Shown here piece after piece: positions 8,734-18,063 of a stretch of 64,000 bases of DNA. Location of the stretch: positions 12,669 through 76,668 of the IMG/VR virus record IMGVR_UViG_3300021958_000049; one strand, written 5' to 3'. The DNA comes from a virus. Lineage: Duplodnaviria; Caudoviricetes. The notes beneath the pieces are model-generated. The model was given only the letters and a program-made list of their open reading frames with translations. It searched no databases and was not told the DNA's origin. Numbering within the stretch: position 1 is the stretch's first letter; each line of letters opens with the position of its first letter. The translations under genes were made by a program, and so were the position numbers.

Positions 8734-10243
8734 TTTAACACATAACGGCAAAATACTAACATTAAGAGATGCTACTGAACTTGAAATAGATCAGCTTAAA
8801 ATAACGTTGACTAAAAGAATTGAAAATTGGCGATGGGATCCTAGAGTCAAGAAAGGTTGGTGGGATGGAAGAATAAGCTATTTTAGAAACGAAATGTATG
8901 TTCCATCCGGACTATGGCAAATAGTTCGAGATATGTGTAAGGATTATGATTTTGAATTGCAGGTAAATGGATTATCTGACAAATTTGATAGATCTATACA
9001 ACTAGAAGAGTTTACTGAATGGGTTAAAGATAAATTTAAAGATCATAAATTAGATCCAAGGCCTTATCAAATAGAAACCGCTTTTAATATAATTAAAAAT
9101 AAAAGTTGTTTAGCCGAATTAGCGACATCAGCAGGTAAATCATTAATATTATATATTGTTTTAGGGTACTTGTTAGAAAACAAAAAGGCAGATAAGGTTT
9201 TAATGATCGTACCTAACGTTAGTTTAGTTGTACAAGCAACCGAAGATTTTTATGAATATAATAATGGTTCGTTAGACTTAGATTTACAAATACAACAAAT
9301 ATATTCAGGATCAAAAATTAGAAAAAACGCAAATGTTGTAATAGGGACTTATCAATCTTTAGTAAAAAAGAAGAAAGAATATTTCGATGAATTCACAACA
9401 GTGATGATCGATGAAACTCACAAAGCAAAAGCACATTCTATTAAAACCATACTAGAAAAATGTATGGAAGCTGATAGAATATTTGGAGTATCTGGAACTA
9501 TACCAAAGCCTGATTCTTTAGATCGATTAACATTAATGGCTTATACTGGCCCAGTGATACAGAAGGTAATGGCTGATCAATTAATTAAAGAAGGTTATAT
9601 TTCACCGGTTGAAGTCAAAGTAATTGAAATGAATTATGCACCAGATAGCGTAAGAGAAAGCTTTCAATATTTAACAAAAAGCGAAGAAGATCGAAAAAGA
9701 TTATTAGGATTAGAACAAAACTATGCGATTCAAGCTACGGAAAGATTAAACTTTGTTACAGATACGGTTCTTAAGGTCAAGAAGAATTGCCTGGTGTTAT
9801 TTTATAGAGTCGAATATGGTAATATGATATTCAATAATCTACGAAACAAAAGTTCACGTAGAGTCTTCTATATTGATGGTGGAACCGATAAAGACCTAAG
9901 AGAAGAATATAAAAAGCAAATGGAAGATGGTGAAGGTAAAATATTAGTAGCTTCCTTTGGTACATTTTCTACAGGTATTAATATTAAAAACTTACACTTA
10001 GTTGCACTAACTGAATCATTTAAATCCGATGTTATTATTCGTCAATCTATTGGTCGAGGATTAAGAAAACATGAAACTAAAGATAAACTTACTATATTAG
10101 ACTTTGTCGATGATTTTAGAATAGACAATTTCGTTAATTATCTTTATAGACATTCTAAAAAGCGTAGAGAAATTTACAAAGAACAACGATTCCCTTATGA
10201 AGTCAAAACAATAGATTTGTCAAAGATATATAATAAAACCTAA
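8723..10243 (+). CDS. uvsW: UvsW SF2 DNA helicase
   Basis: PRPYQ, ATSAGKS, IDETH, GVSGT, FSTGINIKNLH, RQSIGRGLR. Confidence 0.92.
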   Translation: MIFDLTHNGKILTLRDATELEIDQLKITLTKRIENWRWDPRVKKGWWDGRISYFRNEMYVPSGLWQIVRDMCKDYDFELQVNGLSDKFDRSIQLEEFTEWVKDKFKDHKLDPRPYQIETAFNIIKNKSCLAELATSAGKSLILYIVLGYLLENKKADKVLMIVPNVSLVVQATEDFYEYNNGSLDLDLQIQQIYSGSKIRKNANVVIGTYQSLVKKKKEYFDEFTTVMIDETHKAKAHSIKTILEKCMEADRIFGVSGTIPKPDSLDRLTLMAYTGPVIQKVMADQLIKEGYISPVEVKVIEMNYAPDSVRESFQYLTKSEEDRKRLLGLEQNYAIQATERLNFVTDTVLKVKKNCLVLFYRVEYGNMIFNNLRNKSSRRVFYIDGGTDKDLREEYKKQMEDGEGKILVASFGTFSTGINIKNLHLVALTESFKSDVIIRQSIGRGLRKHETKDKLTILDFVDDFRIDNFVNYLYRHSKKRREIYKEQRFPYEVKTIDLSKIYNKT

Positions 10244-10264
10244 ATAAAAAACGTTTTTTGTATC

Positions 10265-10765
10265 ATGGCAAAATCTACTGGAAAATTAAAGTATGATTTA
10301 GCATTATCAACAACGTCAGTTTTTGACACATCTTCAGTATATGTTAATAAATCTGCTGTTTTAAATATCAATGGTAATGCAAATCTACAATATAAAACAA
10401 TAGGAGCAACATATTCTGATAATTCAGGATTGTTACCAACCGAAGCTAACTTACTACCTGGACCTTCCGCTTCTTTAGGAAAGGCTTATTTATATGTAAG
10501 AAATCTTGGACCTACGGCTGCCTCTTCTGTTAGAGTCAGTACTTCACAACTATCTGGATCTACATCTGTATACGATGCAAACCAATTTGCTGATATTGCA
10601 GTTGGAGAATTCGCATTTTTTCCAGTAGTAATAGGACCATCTTCATCTAATATTTTTGTTAGATCAGGATACGAAGCTGGCTCAACATATGCTGGAGCTA
10701 CATATAATGAAATTGAATATATGATTGCATATACGACTCCTAACATTGAAGGACCTAAATATTAA
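10265..10765 (+). CDS. hypothetical late protein, beta-rich, probably structural
   Basis: Late motif 32 bp upstream; S/A/G/Y-rich beta-sandwich-like sequence. Confidence 0.55.
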   Translation: MAKSTGKLKYDLALSTTSVFDTSSVYVNKSAVLNINGNANLQYKTIGATYSDNSGLLPTEANLLPGPSASLGKAYLYVRNLGPTAASSVRVSTSQLSGSTSVYDANQFADIAVGEFAFFPVVIGPSSSNIFVRSGYEAGSTYAGATYNEIEYMIAYTTPNIEGPKY

Positions 10766-10789
10766 TTAAATTAAAACAAACAATATAAA

Positions 10790-11632
10790 ATGGCACTAGT
10801 AAAATTTTCAAAATTTAAAAAGGAAAGAGCTACAATTAAAGAAGCTAGAAATAAAGAGATGAAATCTAAAAAGTTTAATCAACTATTTAGTGAAACTCTT
10901 AAAGAACTAGGACTTAATTCAGTAGCAGATCTTTCAGAAGAACAAATGAATTCATTTTTATCAGCATTAAAAACTAAAAAGATTAATGAAGGTAGAGCAG
11001 AAGAAATCGAAGCACATACAATGGCTGCTGGAGAACCTCAACCTGCTGGAATGGCTGGAGAAATTAACCAGAAACATGGTTTTGATTCACCACAAGATCC
11101 TAATACTGCAGAGGATGCTAAAGCAGAAGATTTGAAAGCAGATGAAAATGATACGATCGAAGTTGAGGTTGTTGATGATAATGCTGAGGTAACCGAAAAT
11201 GCTGAAACTGTTAACGAAGCTAAATTTAAAAAAGGACAATATATTAAAGCCAAACGCAATAGCGATGATTTTGATGGAGATGTTTATGATAAAACTAACG
11301 ACGTTGATGGATCTGAAATCTTAAAAAACTCATCATTCGAAATTTACAAAATTAGTAAAGATGAAGTTATTCTTTGGAGTGATGCTGATGAAGTAGAATA
11401 CTCTATCGATCCAGATGATCTTAAGAATTTCGTAAAGGAATCAGTAGTTAATGAAGCAGAAATTAAATCAGATAAGGAATTTGAAGATTATGCAACAGAC
11501 GTTTTAAAGAAATCTCATCCAGACGATTATGATGAGGCCATTGCCAAAAAGGTAATAGATGGTCTTAAAGACAAATATAAGGATGATTATGGTGCTATGG
11601 TTGGTGCTTTAACATCAGGATTTGGAGGATAA
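10790..11632 (+). CDS. putative internal head polyprotein with NE(A/G) sites and an SH3-like module
   Basis: INEG, VNEA, VKES, VVNEA; 79-aa module starting AKFKKGQYIK between two VNEA sites. Confidence 0.55.
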   Translation: MALVKFSKFKKERATIKEARNKEMKSKKFNQLFSETLKELGLNSVADLSEEQMNSFLSALKTKKINEGRAEEIEAHTMAAGEPQPAGMAGEINQKHGFDSPQDPNTAEDAKAEDLKADENDTIEVEVVDDNAEVTENAETVNEAKFKKGQYIKAKRNSDDFDGDVYDKTNDVDGSEILKNSSFEIYKISKDEVILWSDADEVEYSIDPDDLKNFVKESVVNEAEIKSDKEFEDYATDVLKKSHPDDYDEAIAKKVIDGLKDKYKDDYGAMVGALTSGFGG

Positions 11633-11659
11633 TAGAATTAAAATATACACAAATAAGAT

Positions 11660-12817
11660 ATGAAAAATAAAATGATGACTTTTGATGCATTTAATCTTGT
11701 TAAGGAATTGAATGAATCTCATGATAAGTTTAACAAAGAATTAGCTTTAAACGAAGCTTTTAAATCTGATTACCTAAGAAAATTTGCTTCTCAAGAAAGT
11801 GGAACTCGTTGGCAACCAGGATTTGCAAAAGATTTCTATAAACATGCAGGAATTAAATTAGATCAGATCACTAACGAAGATTTTATTATATTATCGAATC
11901 CATCTGAATGGTGGACTCAAAAATACGCAAAGAATGACAATGCCGTTGGATTCTTTGTTGATGATGACCCAGAATTCTTAAAGGCATTAAAGAAAGCCAA
12001 GAAGCTTAAGAGTTTAGGTGGTGTCGGTGTAATTCTTACAATTATGAGAGGTAATCGTGGAATGTGGTATGGATTTGCTAAAGATGCAGGTTCAAGTTTT
12101 TCAAGATATAGAAAAGGATCTACTGAGAGATATGGTGTTCTTGCTGATGAATATGATACTGCATCTCTTTATGGATGGGATGGAGCTAAACAAAAGGCGA
12201 GAATAACTAGACCTAATCTGGAAGAAATGGCTACTAAGGTTTATGTTTTAGATATTGATGCACTTAAAGAAAAATATAGTGCTTCTGAGTTAACTTCAAA
12301 CCGTAGAGACTCTAAAGCTGGTGCTGTAGCTTTATTAAGTGATAAAGAGGTAAAAGCTGCTAATAAAGCTCGATATGAAAAAATTCTTCAAGATCGCTTA
12401 GATCCAAAATTAATGTTCGAAGATGTTAAAGAATCGATGACTAAATATACAAATTGGTTGTCGAACAAAGTATCAGAAATTACATTAGACGGTATGGAAT
12501 ACGAGAATAGCAGTTATTTTAACGAACAGAAAGTTAAATGGGGTTCTTGGAATGAGAATCTTATGAGACCTATCGAAAATATGTGGAGTTTGTTGAATAA
12601 GTTTATGAATCGTTATTATGACTTCTTGAGAGATCAAGCACATGTTGAAAGATTACAAGAAAAGCTTATTAAAGCAGATTCGACCGAAGCTCAAAAGATT
12701 CAAAGTGAAATCGACTACTATGCAAAAACATATAACAGATTCGTAAAAGAAGCTACGAGTTATAGAGATTACGTAATAAAATATAAAAAAGACGTAGATG
12801 CAATTGTTTCAAAATAA
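11660..12817 (+). CDS. putative internal head protein
   Basis: Leader MKNKMMTFDAF...LNES...LNEA; no catalytic motif recognised. Confidence 0.5.
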   Translation: MKNKMMTFDAFNLVKELNESHDKFNKELALNEAFKSDYLRKFASQESGTRWQPGFAKDFYKHAGIKLDQITNEDFIILSNPSEWWTQKYAKNDNAVGFFVDDDPEFLKALKKAKKLKSLGGVGVILTIMRGNRGMWYGFAKDAGSSFSRYRKGSTERYGVLADEYDTASLYGWDGAKQKARITRPNLEEMATKVYVLDIDALKEKYSASELTSNRRDSKAGAVALLSDKEVKAANKARYEKILQDRLDPKLMFEDVKESMTKYTNWLSNKVSEITLDGMEYENSSYFNEQKVKWGSWNENLMRPIENMWSLLNKFMNRYYDFLRDQAHVERLQEKLIKADSTEAQKIQSEIDYYAKTYNRFVKEATSYRDYVIKYKKDVDAIVSK

Positions 12818-14111
12818 ATTTAAAAGATATAATCAGTTTGTATTCGAAAAGTTAATTAACGAAGCAGATGATATTATTTTAGAAGGTGGTGCGTTTGGCC
12901 ATATGGCACATCCATACGATGATATTAATTTAACCTTTGGAGAAATTAAAAATATGATATCTGATGCTTTGCAAGGAGGATTAGATAAGGAGGTTGTTGC
13001 TTCTGAGAAATTAGATGGTCAGGCTATTGCGGTATCTTGGAGAAACGGAGAATTAGTTGCTGCAAGAAATAAAGGCCACTATAAAAACTCAGCTGCCGGA
13101 GCAATGAACGTTCAACAAACAATTGATAAGTTTGCAGGAAGAGGTGATATAAGTGATGCATTTGGTTTTGCTATTAAAGATCTATCAGATGCTATATCAA
13201 AAATAGATGCAAAGAAACGAGATGATATATTTAAGAATGGTAAATCGTTTATGCATCTAGAACTAATATATCCACCAACTACTAACGTAATTAATTATGA
13301 TGCATATCGATTAATATTCCACAGTGCTACCGAGTATGATGAGGCAGGAAATCCTATAGGAGAAGATAAAGCTTCAGCTGCTTTATTAACAAAACTTATT
13401 AAGGGTGTTAATGCAGATATTCAAAAGACTTATACAATAGTACCTCCAAAGGAGATGCAATTCACTAAAAATATTAATTATGAAGCTGATCGAGCAGAAT
13501 TCTTTAAAGAGCTAGCAAAAATACAAAAAAGTGCTGGTATGAATGATAATCAATCTATTAGTGATTATATTAGAAAAGAATACACTGACTTAATAAAAGG
13601 TGCTGCTGATAAATATGGTTATGATATTCCTGAAGATGTTTTAGAAAAACTAATCAGAAGATTTGCATTTGAGGATAAATCTTTTAAAGTACCACAATTC
13701 AAAAAGGCAATACTAAATAAAGACTTTTTAGAATGGACTCTAAAGTTCGATAAAACCGGAGTTAAAAATTACTACAAAGAAGTAATAGGACCTATTGAAT
13801 TATTGTTCTTAAAACTTGGAGTTAAGGTTATTAAATTAGCTACCGGATTTTTAGCAACTAATCCAGACAAAGAAGTTCAACGAATTAAAGATGAGCTAGA
13901 AAAACTTATTAAGGATGTTAGAGCTGGTGATAATGAAGTTAAGGTTGCTAAACTAGAAAGAGAACTTCGTAGACTTGAAGCTATCGGAGGATTTGATGCG
14001 GTAGTTCCTTCTGAAGGAATTGTATTTCAATATAAAGGAAAGACATATAAATTAACAGGAGCATTTGCACCAATAAATCAGATACTAGGTACTATCAAAT
14101 ATATGAAATAA
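12798..14111 (+). CDS. ATP-dependent ligase-fold nucleotidyltransferase (DUF6267-like, from memory)
   Basis: Motif I EKLDG, Ia ARNKG, III HLELIY, IV SEGIVF, V YKLTG; preceded by INEA/ILEG sites. Confidence 0.65.
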   Translation: MQLFQNKFKRYNQFVFEKLINEADDIILEGGAFGHMAHPYDDINLTFGEIKNMISDALQGGLDKEVVASEKLDGQAIAVSWRNGELVAARNKGHYKNSAAGAMNVQQTIDKFAGRGDISDAFGFAIKDLSDAISKIDAKKRDDIFKNGKSFMHLELIYPPTTNVINYDAYRLIFHSATEYDEAGNPIGEDKASAALLTKLIKGVNADIQKTYTIVPPKEMQFTKNINYEADRAEFFKELAKIQKSAGMNDNQSISDYIRKEYTDLIKGAADKYGYDIPEDVLEKLIRRFAFEDKSFKVPQFKKAILNKDFLEWTLKFDKTGVKNYYKEVIGPIELLFLKLGVKVIKLATGFLATNPDKEVQRIKDELEKLIKDVRAGDNEVKVAKLERELRRLEAIGGFDAVVPSEGIVFQYKGKTYKLTGAFAPINQILGTIKYMK

Positions 14112-14137
14112 ACTTTTTGTAAAATTGTTCATATAAT
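14108..14137 (+). promoter_or_regulatory. middle-type motif for the glycosylase
   Basis: ATAAAC-N16-CATATAAT. Confidence 0.6.
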
Positions 14138-14153
14138 TATTAAATAATATTTT

Positions 14154-14543
14154 ATGGCGATTATCCAACAAGAATTTCAACACGATCCATGGAAAATGTT
14201 AGTAGGTTGTATTATGTTAAATCAAACACATAATCGACAAGTAAGAAGAGTAATATACGACTTCTTCGAAGCATATCCATCACCACAATCAATAACCGAA
14301 GAATCAATACCCGATATAGCAGAAAAACTAAGGCCATTAGGTTTTTACAATCGTAGAGCTAATACAATATATCGTTTTTCGCAAGAATATATAAATAAAG
14401 AATATAAACATGTATCTGAACTTTATGGTATAGGAAAATATGCGTCAGATTCATACGAAATATTCATAAATGATAATAATGATGTAAATCCAACCGATAA
14501 GATTTTAAATGCATACTTACGAGGTGAATTTATAGATCAATAA
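14154..14543 (+). CDS. MBD4-like HhH-GPD DNA glycosylase
   Basis: DPWKMLVGCIMLNQT...LRPLGFYNRRANTI.RFSQEY...ELYGIGKYASDSYEIF...V.PTDKIL closely follows the MBD4 glycosylase domain. Confidence 0.85.
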   Translation: MAIIQQEFQHDPWKMLVGCIMLNQTHNRQVRRVIYDFFEAYPSPQSITEESIPDIAEKLRPLGFYNRRANTIYRFSQEYINKEYKHVSELYGIGKYASDSYEIFINDNNDVNPTDKILNAYLRGEFIDQ

Positions 14544-14584
14544 AAGACTGGAGATATATATTAAAACTAAAAAAACGAAAACAA

Positions 14585-15058
14585 ATGAACAATTTGAAAA
14601 GCTACGATGAATTTCTTTTTGAGGCTACTAAAGCTAAAGAAATCGAAGACAAAGTAAACGATTTAGGAGAACCAAAAGATGATAAAGCAGAAGCTGAAAA
14701 ATCTATGAAAGATTCTTCCGAAGGACCTAAAGAAGTTGGTGCTGAAAAGGCCGATATTAAAAAGGATGAATTGAAAAAGGATGATAAAGCTGAAGCTGAA
14801 AAATCTATGAAAGATTCCTCTGAAGGACCTAAAGAACCTAAAGAAGAAAAAATCGAAGATGTTAAAGAAATGTCTGAGTATAACGAGAAACATGATAAAT
14901 ATGATGATCGTCTTGTAAACATGACTATTGGAAAAGTTTTAGATTATCTAAAAACTAAGGATCCTAACGCATATAAAGATATTGAGGCTTATTTAGAAAA
15001 GAACTTTAAAGATTTGACTAGTGCAGATGAATCTTGGTTTACTACTATGACTGCTTAA
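14585..15058 (+). CDS. acidic putative internal head protein with internal duplication
   Basis: Leader MNNLKSYDEFLFEA; DDKAEAEKSMKDSSEGPKE twice; late motif upstream. Confidence 0.6.
   Translation: MNNLKSYDEFLFEATKAKEIEDKVNDLGEPKDDKAEAEKSMKDSSEGPKEVGAEKADIKKDELKKDDKAEAEKSMKDSSEGPKEPKEEKIEDVKEMSEYNEKHDKYDDRLVNMTIGKVLDYLKTKDPNAYKDIEAYLEKNFKDLTSADESWFTTMTA
14678..14836 (+). repeat. 57-bp direct repeat, 2 copies (14678-14734, 14780-14836)
   Basis: gatgataaagc(a/t)gaagctgaaaaatctatgaaagattc(ttcc/ctct)gaaggacctaaagaa; differences are synonymous. Confidence 0.9.
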
Positions 15059-15067
15059 AACTAAAAA

Positions 15068-16774
15068 ATGTCTGCAGGATTATCAAATTTAATTTCATTA
15101 TACAATCAAGAAGGTCGAGATTTTGTTCTTGACCTTCTTGATAAATTTGTAGTAATCAAAGAAAAGAACAATGGTGCCAATCTTTATTTTAAAAAGGATG
15201 GTGACCATTTGTCATTTTATAGGTCTAATTTAAAACCTATTTCTATAATTGATAGAACAATTACATCTATTTATGAAAAGCCAATAAATCATATATTATC
15301 GGTAACTGAAGGTATTAAGTTTCCATCAAATTATATGTATGGTATTAAATATGATTATGTTAATGAATCTATAACATTAGATGAAATTCGTGTATATAAA
15401 TCTAGGACTAATATAAAGTTTATTGATGATTTGCAAATATTACAAGAAAACGCAAAGTCTTTGGAGATAAACTCTCCTAAAATAATACATTACGGTAGAC
15501 TTAGTAATAATCAAAAGACAGAATTACTAAAAGTAATAGTAGATCCAAGTTTATTGGAATCAAATTTATCTAATATTTTTAATACGAATAATAACGAATT
15601 GATAATTAAATTTCTTGATAAAATGAACGAAAATGTATCAGCAAAAATATTAGATCCTAAAAAGGAAATTAAGATTAAGAACGAGGTAAGAGAACCTTCG
15701 GATACTTATTCAATTGCTTTACAAGATGTTCTTGAATTTATACAAACTTTTAACTTTGATACAATAAAAATTAAAGGCGAAGATAACGATCAAAAAATCT
15801 TAAATATATTAGCCGATGTATATGCTAAGTACATGGCAAAAAATGGCTACAAATATTCAGGAATCGAAGATTTAGATGGACCTAACTTTTCGAAGAATAT
15901 ACCGTCATTTGATGTTAACTCTAAATTTGTAATAAATAAAAACGCACAAAATTATATTGCAAAATCTCAGATTAATAAAGACTTGTTTAAATTGTTTTTA
16001 GGAACTTTTATTAAGAAGAAGAAAAAGACTACAATATTAATTGACGAAAACACAAGATTCGAAATCAATAAAATAATAGATATTATTATGGAACGTATTA
16101 AGACAAAACCTATTGAAAAAGAAACCGTTCCTACGTTTGAAGAATATTTCTATAATCGTTACCAAAAGCGTGCATTAATGGAAGCCGAGGAATTAACCGA
16201 TGAGGAAACTTACATTATTGAAGGAGCTTCGGTAACAGATAAATCTCAGGGAAAGACTAAAGTAAACATAGTCGTTGGAAGATTTCAACCACCAACTTTA
16301 GGCCACGTTAAATTATTAAGACAATTACATGCGGTAAATAGTTTACCGGTAGTAGTTGTACAAGTAAGATCTAAGAGCGGACAAAAAACTCCATTTGATA
16401 ATGAACTTATTACTAGAATATGGATGGATATTACTAAGCAATATAAATTTATAGAAGGAGTTGTAGAAACTCAAACAGGATTTATATACAATATTATAGA
16501 TGCTTTACGTCCATTATACGAACCAGTACTTTGGGGAACCGGTAGTGATCGATTAAAAGATTATGAAAGACAAATTTCTAAGTATGGTCCTGAGGCAAAT
16601 GTATTAAAAGAATTTGAACCATACGAAGTTAAAAGAACTGGTAAAAATATAAGCGCAACGAAAGTAAGAGAGGCTATTTTAGAAGATAACCAAAATGAAT
16701 TTAAAAAATTAACTCCTAAAGCTGAGCATAGATATTACAAACAATTGAGAGCAGAGCTTTTACAATCAAAATGA
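15068..16774 (+). CDS. degenerate ligase-like domain fused to HIGH-family (NadM/cytidylyltransferase-like) nucleotidyltransferase
   Basis: N-terminal KEKNNGANLYF; C-terminal GRFQPPTLGH, GTGSDR, ISATKVREAI. Confidence 0.7.
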   Translation: MSAGLSNLISLYNQEGRDFVLDLLDKFVVIKEKNNGANLYFKKDGDHLSFYRSNLKPISIIDRTITSIYEKPINHILSVTEGIKFPSNYMYGIKYDYVNESITLDEIRVYKSRTNIKFIDDLQILQENAKSLEINSPKIIHYGRLSNNQKTELLKVIVDPSLLESNLSNIFNTNNNELIIKFLDKMNENVSAKILDPKKEIKIKNEVREPSDTYSIALQDVLEFIQTFNFDTIKIKGEDNDQKILNILADVYAKYMAKNGYKYSGIEDLDGPNFSKNIPSFDVNSKFVINKNAQNYIAKSQINKDLFKLFLGTFIKKKKKTTILIDENTRFEINKIIDIIMERIKTKPIEKETVPTFEEYFYNRYQKRALMEAEELTDEETYIIEGASVTDKSQGKTKVNIVVGRFQPPTLGHVKLLRQLHAVNSLPVVVVQVRSKSGQKTPFDNELITRIWMDITKQYKFIEGVVETQTGFIYNIIDALRPLYEPVLWGTGSDRLKDYERQISKYGPEANVLKEFEPYEVKRTGKNISATKVREAILEDNQNEFKKLTPKAEHRYYKQLRAELLQSK

Positions 16775-16799
16775 TATATATTAAAAATAACACAAAATT

Positions 16800-17417
16800 A
16801 TGTCTGAATCATTAAACGAAGGACGTCATCAAGTTAAAAGACGTTATGGTACACATGGAAGAATTCGTGTAAACGAAAACGGTGCTAAGGTAAGAGAAAC
16901 TATAATTAAGTATATAGGAAAAAATTACGTTACTGAAGAAGATTTACATAATCATTTAATTCGTTTAGAAGAAGATCGTGGAGGTGTTAAAGTTAATAAA
17001 GCAAAATGGTTTGCCAGAAATCAAAAACTATTCTCGACATTCGAAAAGAAAGGCAATCGTTATTATTCATTATCTAAGTATGGAATGAGAGTTTTAGAAT
17101 TAATGAATAACAAAGTTGTTAAGAAAACTTTGAATGAGAGTAATTTTAAAAACATCCCGTCTTTATCAGAATGGATTTCAATAAACGAAGCTAATGTAAA
17201 CGAGGCTAAGTTTAATAAAAAGTCTTTAATGAAAGCTATGAAAAAGGATGATGGTATGATTCAATTAGGTAACGGTCAAGAATATGTTATCTATGCATTT
17301 GGTAACGGAAACGATGATAACGATGATATGTGGGGAGATAAAACAATTTTTGCGCTAGATCAAGACGGTGGAGAGCACGAGATTAAATACTCTGATATCG
17401 TAAGCTATAAAGAATAA
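16800..17417 (+). CDS. putative internal head polyprotein
   Basis: SLNEG, LNES, INEANVNEAK followed by a ~70-aa beta module; late motif 19 bp upstream. Confidence 0.55.
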   Translation: MSESLNEGRHQVKRRYGTHGRIRVNENGAKVRETIIKYIGKNYVTEEDLHNHLIRLEEDRGGVKVNKAKWFARNQKLFSTFEKKGNRYYSLSKYGMRVLELMNNKVVKKTLNESNFKNIPSLSEWISINEANVNEAKFNKKSLMKAMKKDDGMIQLGNGQEYVIYAFGNGNDDNDDMWGDKTIFALDQDGGEHEIKYSDIVSYKE

Positions 17418-17426
17418 CTTTTAATT

Positions 17427-18011
17427 ATGCCAGCTACATCAAAAACTCAATTTAGGCTTTTTAGTCAAGTATATGGAGTACAAAAATTTAAAAAGTCAGG
17501 TGGTAAGGATGGATTAGATCCTAAAGAATTAAATCCTGAATATAAAAAACAAATCGTAGATATGGCTGATGATATGACACAAAAAGATGTTAAAGATATG
17601 ATTGATGTTGATTATGATAAACTTCCAGATGAGGTGAAGGAAAGTGCTGAATTAGAAGTTGGTACTTCGGTCGAATTTGAACATACTAAAGATCCTAAAG
17701 AGGCGGAGAAAATTGCTAAAGATCATCTTTCCGAAGATCCTAATTACTATTCTAAATTATATAAGGCTGGTTTAATTGATGAACCGGACGCTATTGAATT
17801 AGCAAAAAAAGCATTTGAGAATAATGCAATGGCAACCCCGGCAAGTGTAAACGGTATGGGAGATGTTGCATTACCTGGAAATCCAGGAACTGACGAAACC
17901 GGTAGCGGTGACATAGCTGCTACATCTGCTTTAACCGACGACGATGAAGACGAGGATGAAGGTAAGAAAATTTACAAGTTCTTAAAATTTAACGCATTTG
18001 TCGGTAAATAA
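17427..18011 (+). CDS. hypothetical head-associated protein (DUF3008-like N-terminus plus DUF5661-like domain, from memory)
   Basis: MPATSKTQFRLF; ELEVGTSVEFEHT.DPKEAEKIAKDHLSEDPNYYSKL. Confidence 0.6.
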   Translation: MPATSKTQFRLFSQVYGVQKFKKSGGKDGLDPKELNPEYKKQIVDMADDMTQKDVKDMIDVDYDKLPDEVKESAELEVGTSVEFEHTKDPKEAEKIAKDHLSEDPNYYSKLYKAGLIDEPDAIELAKKAFENNAMATPASVNGMGDVALPGNPGTDETGSGDIAATSALTDDDEDEDEGKKIYKFLKFNAFVGK

Positions 18012-18015
18012 TTTC

Positions 18016-18045
18016 TGAAACTACTTAGGTTTCTTTGCATATAAC
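18016..18045 (+). promoter_or_regulatory. middle-type motif for the dut-polA-nrd operon
   Basis: TGAAAC-N16-CATATAAC. Confidence 0.75.
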
Positions 18046-18063
18046 TATTAAACTATACGCAAA

